Source of the DNA: a virus
Taxonomy: Duplodnaviria > Caudoviricetes
Virus record (IMG/VR): IMGVR_UViG_2865833183_000001
Location: 1-64,000 of that record
Length of the DNA: 64,000 bases
Reading direction: 5' to 3' (one strand)
Part shown: positions 55,853 to 64,000 of the stretch, piece by piece
Layout of the letters: each line of letters begins with the position of its first letter
Position numbering within the stretch: the first letter of the stretch is position 1
The notes under the pieces: generated by a model
Database searches by the model: none
What the model was told of the DNA's origin: nothing
What the model saw: only the letters and a program-made list of their open reading frames with translations
Position numbers and translations under genes: made by a program

Positions 55853-56485
55853 ATGGCCGAGAACACCACGGAGACCGCCAGCGGCACGCCGGCCGTCCCC
55901 ACCCCCGCCGAAGCGGTAGCCGCAGGGCAGATCCCCCAGCAGGTGCAGACTCCGCCCGCCCAGCAGCAGGAGGGAGCAGCCCAGCAGAACGCCGGAGAGC
56001 CGAAGCAGGAGGTCACGGACTGGGAGTCCGAGGCGATCAAGTGGAAGGCGCTGTCCCGGCAGCACGAGAACAAGCATCTGGCCGCACTCGGCTTCAAGTC
56101 GAAGGACGAGATCGACCAACTGCGTGCAGCCGCACAGAAGTACCAGGAGTTCGAGGACACGCAGAAGTCCGAACTGCAGCGGGCCAACGAGCGCGCCCAG
56201 AGCGTCGAGCAGCAGCTCAGCGACCTCCGCGCGACAAACGCCCGCCTGATGGCGGCGGCCACGCACAACATCCCCCCGGACCTGATCGACCTGCTCGGAG
56301 CCGGTAGCGACGAGGAGATCAACTCCCGGGCAGAGGTGCTCGCTGAGCGCCTCAAGGCTGCCGCACCGACCGCCGCGCCCACCTCTCCGAGGCCCGTCGA
56401 AGCCCTCACACCCGGCGCCGCGACGGCGTCCGGAACAGCCGCGACCAGCCCGGACGACTGGATCCGGCGCATGGCCGGTCGTTAA
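55853..56485 (+). CDS. Head scaffolding protein
   Basis: WKALSRQHE..KSELQRA; directly before capsid gene. Confidence 0.85.
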   Translation: MAENTTETASGTPAVPTPAEAVAAGQIPQQVQTPPAQQQEGAAQQNAGEPKQEVTDWESEAIKWKALSRQHENKHLAALGFKSKDEIDQLRAAAQKYQEFEDTQKSELQRANERAQSVEQQLSDLRATNARLMAAATHNIPPDLIDLLGAGSDEEINSRAEVLAERLKAAAPTAAPTSPRPVEALTPGAATASGTAATSPDDWIRRMAGR

Positions 56486-56554
56486 CCACTTTCACCGCAG
56501 CGCCGGAATCACCCGCACGGGGCCGGGGTCGCTGCTTTTCCGGAAGGAGACCCC

Positions 56555-57505
56555 GTGCCTACGTACAACTCGCTCATCAGCCGGGACGCCAGCAACGATC
56601 CGCTCGTCCCGACTCCCGTCTCGGCGGACATCATCGAGGAGCTCCCGGCAGCATCGGCGCTTCTGCAGCGAGCCCGGCGAGTTCCGATGTCGAGCAAGAC
56701 GCAGCGCCAGCCGGTTCTCGACGTCCTGCCGCTCGCCTACTTCGTCGGCGGTGACACCGGTCTGAAGCAGACCTCAGCTCAGGACTGGAAGAACGTCGAC
56801 CTGGTCGCCGAGGAGATCGCGGCGATCGTCCCGATCCCCGAGGCGTACCTCGACGACGCCCAGATGCCGATCTGGAACGAGGTCCGGCCTCGGCTCGTCG
56901 AAGCAATCGGCGCCAAGCTGGACGCGGCGGGTCTCTTCGGGCTCGACAAGCCGTCCACCTGGCCCACGGCTGTCTACCAGTCCGCTGTGGCCGCAGGCAA
57001 CGCGGTCATCTCCGGCACCGGCACCGACTTCGCTGTCGATGTTGCGACGGCAGCCGGGAAGGTGTCGGAGGACGGCTTCGCGGTCAACGGGTTCATCAGC
57101 CGGCCCGGCCTGACGTGGAAGCTCAACACGATGCGCTCCGAGCAAGGCGTGCCGATCTACCAGCCCAACCTGCAGGGCGGGCTCGGCGGAACGCTGTACG
57201 GCTACCCGATGTCCGAGCTCACCAACGGCGCCTGGGACCTGTCCGAGGCCGAGCTGCTGATGGGCGACTGGACGAAGGCGATCGTGGGCGTCCGCCAGGA
57301 CATCAGCTTCAAGCTGTTCACCGAGGGCGTCATCTCCGACGACGACGGCAAGGTCATCCTGAACCTGATGCAGCAGGACTCGGTCGCCATGCGGGTCGTC
57401 ATGCGCGTCGCGTTCGCAACGGCCAACCCGGCGACTCGCCTGAACACCAACTCGGCCACCCGGTCCCCGTTCGCCGTCGTGCAGGCGACGACCGCAGCGT
57501 CCTGA
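56555..57505 (+). CDS. Major capsid protein (HK97 fold)
   Basis: LVAEEIAAIVPI, GDW..GVRQDI, NLMQQD.VA.R; ends TTAAS. Confidence 0.92.
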   Translation: MPTYNSLISRDASNDPLVPTPVSADIIEELPAASALLQRARRVPMSSKTQRQPVLDVLPLAYFVGGDTGLKQTSAQDWKNVDLVAEEIAAIVPIPEAYLDDAQMPIWNEVRPRLVEAIGAKLDAAGLFGLDKPSTWPTAVYQSAVAAGNAVISGTGTDFAVDVATAAGKVSEDGFAVNGFISRPGLTWKLNTMRSEQGVPIYQPNLQGGLGGTLYGYPMSELTNGAWDLSEAELLMGDWTKAIVGVRQDISFKLFTEGVISDDDGKVILNLMQQDSVAMRVVMRVAFATANPATRLNTNSATRSPFAVVQATTAAS

Positions 57506-57562
57506 CCGAACGCGGCCGGCAGCCCTGTGTGGGTTGTCGGCCGCTGGCAGATCGGAGTTCTG

Positions 57563-58576
57563 GTGCGAGTTCTGGCGATGCTGCACGCTTACCCTCCGGG
57601 CCACAACGCGGGCGCCGAGTGGGCCGCTCACAGCCTTCTACGTGAACTGGCAGGCTGCGGGCACGAGGTGGATGTTCTGCTGTCGGATCCGCGTTCTGCG
57701 GACTCCGCCTACGAGATCGACGGCGTGTCCGTATACCCGTACCGGGGCAAGGCGGATCCCTCTCGCTGGATGCGTGGCGAGGGTCGAGCCCATGTGATCG
57801 TGACGCACCTTGAGAACACCGCCAGGGCGTCGGTGCTGGGCGAACTCAACCGGATCCCCGTCGTGCATCTGCTGCACAACACCTACGAGAAGTCCAAGTC
57901 GTGGCTGGTGAAGGGATTGCCGTCGCTGGCCGTCTACAACACGGACTGGATGCGTCGCGACGTTGAGGCGTGGTGGCGCATCCACCGCGGCGACCGTCCG
58001 ATGCCGTGGGGCATCACCGTGCACCCGCCCGTGGCCGTGGAGGACTATCACGCTTCGCCGGGCGACCGGATTACCCTGGTCAACCTGACGGAGGAAAAGG
58101 GCGCCAAGGTCTTCTACGCCCTCGCCGAACGCATGCCGAAGCGCAAGTTCCTCGGCGTCATCGGCGGCTACGGGGCACAGATCGTGCGCGAGGACCTGCC
58201 GAACGTGGAGATCTTGCCGCACACGCCTGGTGACCGTATGGCCAAGGAGGTGTACGCGCGCACGCGGGTGCTACTGGCACCCTCCTCCTACGAGTCCTAC
58301 GGCCGCGTGGCCGTGGAGGCAATGTGCTCGGGCATTCCAGTCGTCGCCCACCCCACTCCGGGACTCAGAGAATCCCTCGGCGAAGCCGGTGTCTTCGCCG
58401 ACCGGGACGACCTGGATGCGTGGGAGGCGGCAGTGAAGCGACTGTTCTCCCCGAAGGTATACCCGCAGGCATCCAAGGCCGCGGCGGCCCACGCCGCAGA
58501 GCAGGATCCAAAGCCGGAGCTCGACTTGTGGTGTCAGGCTATGGAGGGGGTGGCTCGCCGTGGATCCCCTCGCTAG
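57563..58576 (+). CDS. GT4/GT-B glycosyltransferase A
   Basis: HAYPP.HNAGAE; KG; ESYGRVAVEAM..GIPVV. Confidence 0.9.
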   Translation: MRVLAMLHAYPPGHNAGAEWAAHSLLRELAGCGHEVDVLLSDPRSADSAYEIDGVSVYPYRGKADPSRWMRGEGRAHVIVTHLENTARASVLGELNRIPVVHLLHNTYEKSKSWLVKGLPSLAVYNTDWMRRDVEAWWRIHRGDRPMPWGITVHPPVAVEDYHASPGDRITLVNLTEEKGAKVFYALAERMPKRKFLGVIGGYGAQIVREDLPNVEILPHTPGDRMAKEVYARTRVLLAPSSYESYGRVAVEAMCSGIPVVAHPTPGLRESLGEAGVFADRDDLDAWEAAVKRLFSPKVYPQASKAAAAHAAEQDPKPELDLWCQAMEGVARRGSPR

Positions 58577-59192
58577 CGCGACCGACCTCTCTGACCGACT
58601 CGGAAGGCCGCTCACCTCTGCCGAAGCGGCCCGAGCCCAGGCCCTGCTCGTGGACGCGTCAGCGAAGGTGCGGGCTTATACGAAGCAGAACTTCACCCGC
58701 ACCGACAACGAGATCGTCGTGGTGCGCGCCCAGCAGGGCGAGATCCGGCTGCCGCAACGGCCAGTCCTCGACGTGACCTCTGTAGTGGCCATCGGCACCG
58801 GCGGAGCCCCCGACCTACCTGTGGTGGGCTGGGAGTGGGACGGCCTCGACATTGTCCGCACCTGCACTGACAGCCCTGTCATCAACCTGCCGGAACTCTG
58901 GTACGAGGACGATGCCGAGGCCTACCCAGGCACCTATCGGGTCACCTACAGCCACGGCGACGCGCGGATCCCCGACGTCGTGGTCGCGGTGGTGGCACGC
59001 ATGGCGCTTCGAACCCTGACCGCGCCAACGCTGGCTGGCGGGGTGACGGGGGAGACGATCGGCCCCTACAGCTACCGCACCGACGGCTCCGGGGTCGGCA
59101 CTGCGGTGCTGATGACGGACGAGGACCGCCGTGAGCTCGCCGACGCCGGGTATCGACCGAAGGCTGGCATGTCGATGGTGAGGTTCCGGTGA
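58560..59192 (+). CDS. Head-tail adaptor
   Basis: LA..TDL..RLGR.L..LL.DAS..VTYSHG..ETIGPYSY. Confidence 0.85.
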   Translation: MDPLASATDLSDRLGRPLTSAEAARAQALLVDASAKVRAYTKQNFTRTDNEIVVVRAQQGEIRLPQRPVLDVTSVVAIGTGGAPDLPVVGWEWDGLDIVRTCTDSPVINLPELWYEDDAEAYPGTYRVTYSHGDARIPDVVVAVVARMALRTLTAPTLAGGVTGETIGPYSYRTDGSGVGTAVLMTDEDRRELADAGYRPKAGMSMVRFR

Positions 59193-60199
59193 CGCGCCCG
59201 GTGCGGGTAGTCGCACGCGTCCACGCATACCCACCTGATCACAATGCGGGGGCGGAATGGGCGCTGCACGAGATGCTGCGCGCCCTGGTCAGCCGTGGTC
59301 ACGCCGCTGAGGTGTGGCTGTCGCAGTGGGCCGCCAGCCGAGATCCCTATGAGGTGGACGGCGTCCGTGTCGTCCCGCACAGTCCCGGCGGCAGCTTCGC
59401 TTCAGCGGCAGCCCGAGCCGATGCGCTGGTCAGCCACCTGGAGAACGTGCCCCTCACCGCGTGCGTGGCCCGCGGCCACGGCGTGCCTATGGTCGTCGTG
59501 TGCCACAACACCTTCGACCTGACCTGGCAGCCGATAGCCGCCGGCTCGACAGCCCTGGTCGTCGTGAACTCCGAATGGATGCTGGCCGAGGCCCAGCAGC
59601 ACTTCGATGGTCAGATGCGGCGTCCAGACAGGATGCTGGTGGTGCGGCCCCCGGTGCACGCGAACGAGTATCGGACGCGGCCGGGCGACTGCATCACGCT
59701 GATCAACTGCACCGCCACCAAGGGGATCGGCGTTCTGGCTGAGCTCGCCGAGCGCCTGTCGGATCGCAAGTTCCTTGCGGTCCGTGGAGGCTATGGCGAA
59801 CAGCAGCCGCCCGATCTGCTGAACGTACTCGTGCTCGACCACATGGACGGACGCAGGATGCGCGACGAGGTATACGCCCGCACCAGACTCCTGCTCATGC
59901 CCTCCGACTACGAGTCCTGGGGGCGTGTCGGCGTCGAGGCCATGGCCAGCGGAATACCCGTGCTCGCCCACCCCACCGAGGGTCTCACCGAATCCCTCGG
60001 GGCAGCGGGCCTCTTCCAGGACCGGAACGACATCGATGCCTGGCAGAAGGCAATCGAGGCACTCGACGATCCCACCGTGTACCGGGCGGCATCACGCCGT
60101 GCCAAGGCCCGCTCGAAAGCCCTCGACCCCACGGCAGACCTGAGCACCTGGTGTGACGCGGTGGAGGAGGTGTGCGATGCGCGCACTGCCCCAAGGTGA
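59189..60199 (+). CDS. GT4/GT-B glycosyltransferase B (paralog of A)
   Basis: HAYPPDHNAGAE; ESWGRVGVEAM.SGIPV. Confidence 0.9.
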   Translation: MTRPVRVVARVHAYPPDHNAGAEWALHEMLRALVSRGHAAEVWLSQWAASRDPYEVDGVRVVPHSPGGSFASAAARADALVSHLENVPLTACVARGHGVPMVVVCHNTFDLTWQPIAAGSTALVVVNSEWMLAEAQQHFDGQMRRPDRMLVVRPPVHANEYRTRPGDCITLINCTATKGIGVLAELAERLSDRKFLAVRGGYGEQQPPDLLNVLVLDHMDGRRMRDEVYARTRLLLMPSDYESWGRVGVEAMASGIPVLAHPTEGLTESLGAAGLFQDRNDIDAWQKAIEALDDPTVYRAASRRAKARSKALDPTADLSTWCDAVEEVCDARTAPR

Positions 60200-60533
60200 A
60201 ACCGTCACCATCGTCCGCCCCGGAGCGCCAACCGGGTACAACGAATACGGCGTGGAAACCCCCGGCCCTCCCGAGGAGATCCCGGTGCCCGGCTGCGGCA
60301 TCGCCCCCAGGGACGGCAACGCGGCAGGAGGGAACGAACAGACCCAGGCCAGAGACACGGTCATCATTGGGCTCACGTTGTACGCGCCCGCCGGCACCGA
60401 TCTGAGGCCAACGGATCAGGTGAGGGTCGCGGGCGTGCTCTACGAGGTCGATGGCCAAGCCGGGGTCTTCCGGTCACCTTTCACAGGATCCAATGGCCCG
60501 GTGGTTGCCGCGCTTGAGCGCGTCACCGGATGA
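60177..60533 (+). CDS. Head closure (stopper) protein
   Basis: GETVTIVR..D.VRV.G..YEVDG..SPFTG..L.RVTG. Confidence 0.85.
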   Translation: MRALPQGETVTIVRPGAPTGYNEYGVETPGPPEEIPVPGCGIAPRDGNAAGGNEQTQARDTVIIGLTLYAPAGTDLRPTDQVRVAGVLYEVDGQAGVFRSPFTGSNGPVVAALERVTG

Positions 60534-60549
60534 CGGCTGGAGGTGGCCC

Positions 60550-60879
60550 ATGGCGGCACGGTTCCGAGGCTCCCGCAGCGGGATCGGGGAACTCCTCCGT
60601 TCCGAAGTGATCGAGTCGGAGATGGTGCGCCGAGGCGAGCTCATCAAGGCGGCGGCCGAGGCCACGGCCCCGGTCGGCCTAACCCCCGGAGACCCGCATC
60701 CGGGCCTGTATAAGGCATCGGTGGTGGTGACGTCTACGAGGCGCGGCGGTCGTCGCCGTGACCGCGCGGTGGCGTATGTGACGAACACGGCCTACTACGC
60801 CCGCTGGGTGGAGTACGGCACCGAACGCGTCCCTGCCCACCACGTGATGCTGCGCGCCGCTCGGGCCGGGGGTGGTTGA
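60550..60879 (+). CDS. HK97 gp10-like neck protein
   Basis: APV..YARWVEYGT. Confidence 0.8.
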   Translation: MAARFRGSRSGIGELLRSEVIESEMVRRGELIKAAAEATAPVGLTPGDPHPGLYKASVVVTSTRRGGRRRDRAVAYVTNTAYYARWVEYGTERVPAHHVMLRAARAGGG

Positions 60880-61262
60880 TGATCTGGCCCGATGTGGAGG
60901 TCGAGCTCATAGCGTGGCTCGACAGCCAAGTTGATGCGCACTTCACGGCAGAGCTTCCGGCCAACCTGCTTGACGTTCTGCCTGTGGGGCAGGTGCAGCG
61001 GGTTGGTGGCTCGGATGACAGCTTCCGGCTCGACCGGGCGCTCGTGGACGTGGACGCCTATGCGGCGACACGCGGCGGCGCTTCCCTACTCGCCCGCGAG
61101 ACCCGTGACGCATTGGTGATGAGGCTGCCAGGGACGAAGACGCCGGCTGCGGTCTTCGGTCGAGTGTCGACAGTGTCGGCGCCTTCGTGGCGCCCCTACG
61201 AGAACACGGGGCTCCGCCGATGCGGGGCCACATACGAGATCTTCTTTCACCCGGTCTCCTGA
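60876..61262 (+). CDS. Tail terminator
   Basis: WPDVE..VQRVGG..VDVDAYA. Confidence 0.8.
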   Translation: MMIWPDVEVELIAWLDSQVDAHFTAELPANLLDVLPVGQVQRVGGSDDSFRLDRALVDVDAYAATRGGASLLARETRDALVMRLPGTKTPAAVFGRVSTVSAPSWRPYENTGLRRCGATYEIFFHPVS

Positions 61263-61337
61263 CCGGTTGGGCCCGCGCCGGACCCTTTCCCGACCCCGTC
61301 CGTTGTTGGCGGGGTCTTCGCATATCTGGAGACCCAC

Positions 61338-61922
61338 ATGGTCAACATCACGAGGGCCGCGGACCTCACCGTCATCGGCTCGAACGGCGGGGGCTGGGTA
61401 TCGGACGTCGGTACGACGGCCCCGTCCTCGCCGCTGGTGCAGCCCGTCAGCCCGTGGGAGCCGCTCGGAGCCATCTCGGACGATGGCCTTGTGTTCGGTT
61501 TCGATGAGGACAGCCAGGAGTTCACCCCCTGGGGCCTGACGTCGCCACTGCGCACGACGATCACCAAGTCGATCCGCACATTCAAGGTGACACTGTGGGA
61601 GACCGCTCGGGTGGCGGTCCAGTCGGTGATGTTCCGCATCCCGGCCGCCGACCTCACTCCGTCGTCCGGCCTGACCTCGTTCGCGGAGACCGCGTCGCCG
61701 TCGGTGGACCGTCGTGCGTGGTGGTTCGCCGTGTTCGATGGCGACTCGGCCCGCGGCTTCTACGTCCCCGCCGGCGAGATCTCCGACCGCAGCGACGTCA
61801 CGTTCAAGCAGGACGAAATGAGCGGCTACGAGATCACTATCACCGCGTATCCGGACGCCGCGGGCAACACCGTCTATCACACGGACAGCGTCCCGGCGAC
61901 GCCTGCGTACACGGGCTCGTGA
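61338..61922 (+). CDS. Major tail (tube) protein
   Basis: LGAISDDGL..PWG..GEI..R..YEITITAYPD; ends YTGS. Confidence 0.9.
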   Translation: MVNITRAADLTVIGSNGGGWVSDVGTTAPSSPLVQPVSPWEPLGAISDDGLVFGFDEDSQEFTPWGLTSPLRTTITKSIRTFKVTLWETARVAVQSVMFRIPAADLTPSSGLTSFAETASPSVDRRAWWFAVFDGDSARGFYVPAGEISDRSDVTFKQDEMSGYEITITAYPDAAGNTVYHTDSVPATPAYTGS

Positions 61923-62019
61923 GCCCTCAATGACTGGTGGGTGGGTCGCCCTGGCGCGGGCCCGACCCACCCACCACTTCCCCTGCCCGCCCGCGCCGTG
62001 AGATAGAGAGGCCCGTGCC

Positions 62020-62382
62020 ATGCCCACAACCAAAGCCGCCCTCGACGCTGCGAAGGAGGAGGCCGCCGCGCAGGAACTGGAGGCGGACGGCGGCGAGTAC
62101 GTCACCGTGGCGCTCGCTGGCTACGACGGCGTCACCAAGGACGTGCGTGCCCTCCCGAACACGCGCTGGCGGTCGAGCGCGCTGCGTGCCCTCAACCAGG
62201 GCGACTTCGACGGCTTCTTCGCGCTCGTCCTCCACCAGGACGACTACGAGCTGTACGAAGAGCTCGACCCGACTGCGGAGGGCATCGGCAATTTCGCCGA
62301 GGCGGTTGTGCGAGCCTCCGGGGAGTCCCTGGGAAAGTCCAGTGGACCGTCTCGGTCCTCGAGGCCCACGCGGAGGCGGTAG
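62020..62382 (+). CDS. Tail assembly chaperone (G)
   Basis: Position after tail tube; ends ..SLGKSS with slippery site. Confidence 0.85.
   Translation: MPTTKAALDAAKEEAAAQELEADGGEYVTVALAGYDGVTKDVRALPNTRWRSSALRALNQGDFDGFFALVLHQDDYELYEELDPTAEGIGNFAEAVVRASGESLGKSSGPSRSSRPTRRR
62331..62337 (+). other. -1 programmed frameshift site GGGAAAG
   Basis: G GGA AAG in frame; -1 frame open KVQWTV..RLSWRRL to 62792. Confidence 0.85.
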
Positions 62383-62792
62383 AGGGAGACTTCGCCCGCT
62401 ACTACCCGGGCGTTGACCTGTTGGACGTGTACCGGGGCCGTCTGTCGTGGCGCCGACTGCGGGTGCTGATCCAGCATCTGCCACCCGAGTCGGCCACGAT
62501 GACCGAGCTCCGCAACAGTCTGAGCGATGAGGAGATGGCCGAGCAGGCCGAGGCGGGCGAGCCGGAGAAGGGCCGCTGGTCGCAGGTCGAGCAGCTGCTT
62601 GCGCTGATCGCGGACCGGGTGGCGCGCCTGGAGTACGTGACGATCCTCGCCAACTCGGGCAGCAAGGGAAAGAAGCCGACCCCGCCGGAGCCGATCGCCC
62701 GGCCGGGCGCGAAGGCAAAGAGGCCGAAGTCGAAACTCAGCGAGTCGAGCGCCGAGACGCTGTTCCAGCTCATCAATGGGGGCGCGGCCTGA
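62334..62792 (+). CDS. Tail assembly chaperone extension (T part of G-T)
   Basis: DLLDVYRGRLSWRRLRVLIQHLPPESAT. Confidence 0.8.
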   Translation, partial: KVQWTVSVLEAHAEAVEGDFARYYPGVDLLDVYRGRLSWRRLRVLIQHLPPESATMTELRNSLSDEEMAEQAEAGEPEKGRWSQVEQLLALIADRVARLEYVTILANSGSKGKKPTPPEPIARPGAKAKRPKSKLSESSAETLFQLINGGAA

Positions 62793-62811
62793 CGCGCGGG
62801 AGGAGGCTCCC

Positions 62812-64000
62812 GTGGCCATCAGCGTCGGTTCGGTCGAGGTCGACGTCATCCCCAACACACAGGGGATCTATGGCCGGCTCCGTGCGGGGCTCGTGCCTGC
62901 CGCAACCCGGGCCGGCGAGGACGCTGGCTCGGCGGCGGGGCGCTCGTTCGGTGCGGCGATGCAACGCCAGGTTGCTGACATCGGCCTGCGAATCGGCGAG
63001 GAGATCGGGCAGCAGATCGCCAACCGGATCACCGCGTCGCTGCGGGATGCGATCCGGGATGGTGTGACGCGCGGCGGCCAGACGGCTCGCCCAGCGGCGG
63101 TGCGGCAGGGTGACCAGACTGCTGGTGCGTTTTCCCGGGCGCTCAGGGCTCATCTGCAGGCGGCGTTCCGGTCGCTGCCGCAGTTGCAGATCGGCGCGGA
63201 CACCTCTGAGGTGGACGCGGATCTGCAGGCTGTGCGCGTCCGTATGGAGACCTTGGCGGACAAGCGGATCGGCATCGACATCTCTGCTGCGGACGCCAAA
63301 GCTGAGATCGCGCTGATCGAGGCGGAGCTGACGCGGCTCGGCGCCCGGCATCCGAACGTGCAGGTGAGGGCCGACACCGCGAGGGCGATCGCAGAGCTGC
63401 GCTTGGTGCGGGCCGAGATCGATGCAGTGGACGGCAAACGGGCAAAGATCGACATCGACACCAGCGGAGCGACCGCATCGATCTTCCAGTTGATGGTGGC
63501 ACTCGGCGGCGTCGCCGTGCTCCCCGCGATCCCGGCTCTGGCTGCCGCCCTCGGGGCGGTGGCCTCGGCGGGTGTCGCGGCGGCGGTCGGCGTGGGTGCA
63601 CTGGCTGCGGTGGCGATCCCTGGATTCGTTGCTATTGGGGGGGCTCTGCAGGCCCAGAAGCAGGCCCAGGACGCGGCGACCAATGCCACCTTGCGGGGCG
63701 GCCAGGCCGCTAACCAAGGGGCGTCACGGGCTCTTCAGATGGCCGGCGCTCAGCAGGCCCTGGCGACGGCGGAACGCACCGGTGCTCGGCAGATCGCGCA
63801 GGCCCAGCAGCAAGTGCGGCAGGCGAAGCAGGCGGCGGCCGATGCGGTCGCACAGGCGGCACAACGGAACGCCCAAGCCGCGCGGCAGGTGCAGGACGCA
63901 GAGCGGCAGCTCGCTCAGGCACAGAAGGACTCCAAGCAAGCCCAGCTCGACTTGACGGCAGCGCGGAAGCAGGCAGGGCAGGAGCTTGAGGATCTCGCGA
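62812..64000 (+). CDS. Tape measure protein (partial)
   Basis: VAISVGSVEVDVIP start, RBS GGAGG, Ala/Gln-rich helical, open at window end. Confidence 0.9.
   Translation, partial: MAISVGSVEVDVIPNTQGIYGRLRAGLVPAATRAGEDAGSAAGRSFGAAMQRQVADIGLRIGEEIGQQIANRITASLRDAIRDGVTRGGQTARPAAVRQGDQTAGAFSRALRAHLQAAFRSLPQLQIGADTSEVDADLQAVRVRMETLADKRIGIDISAADAKAEIALIEAELTRLGARHPNVQVRADTARAIAELRLVRAEIDAVDGKRAKIDIDTSGATASIFQLMVALGGVAVLPAIPALAAALGAVASAGVAAAVGVGALAAVAIPGFVAIGGALQAQKQAQDAATNATLRGGQAANQGASRALQMAGAQQALATAERTGARQIAQAQQQVRQAKQAAADAVAQAAQRNAQAARQVQDAERQLAQAQKDSKQAQLDLTAARKQAGQELEDLA

Larger units (their letters stand above)
1..64000. mobile_element. Temperate siphovirus-type prophage (both ends outside window)
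   Basis: Immunity switch, replication, packaging, head and tail genes in lambdoid order; integrase and lysis genes not in window. Confidence 0.95.

Noticed and set aside
62331-62337. Frameshift as a novelty
   Set aside because: Same as the well-known lambda G-T slippery sequence; listed as a feature only

Overview
GC-rich actinobacterial (Streptomyces-type) temperate siphophage/prophage, read left to right. (1) 1-21.3 kb: repressor/Cro switch and early operon with beta-clamp-like protein, RecE-like exonuclease, Sak4-like ATPase, EndoVII-like nuclease, BRO protein, initiator with internal iterons, DnaC, DnaB and C5 methyltransferase. (2) 21.4-28.7 kb: accessory morons, including a self-regulated small-gene array with tRNA-like mini-structures and two paralogous antitoxin/RelE-like pairs. 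(3) 28.8-43.4 kb: a Streptomyces plasmid/AICE-type conjugation module (GntR/Kor regulators, Xis-like HTH, Spd-like membrane protein, TraB FtsK-like translocase followed by a clt-like repeat cluster) with no integrase or Rep recognised inside it. (4) 43.8-64 kb: late region with GT2, NAD-epimerase, fibre-like gene, HNH, terminase, portal, capsid, two GT4 genes inside the head operon, tail genes with a GGGAAAG frameshift, and a tape measure gene running off the window. Best leads: an apparently conjugative prophage (TraB+clt), a virion-glycosylation system whose likely targets end in Ser, a repeated ~60-bp cassette-flanking hairpin, an armless tRNA-like element, and a triple GUGGAG-loop leader before a RapZ-CTD operon. 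All family assignments are from motif recognition by eye; no database search was run.
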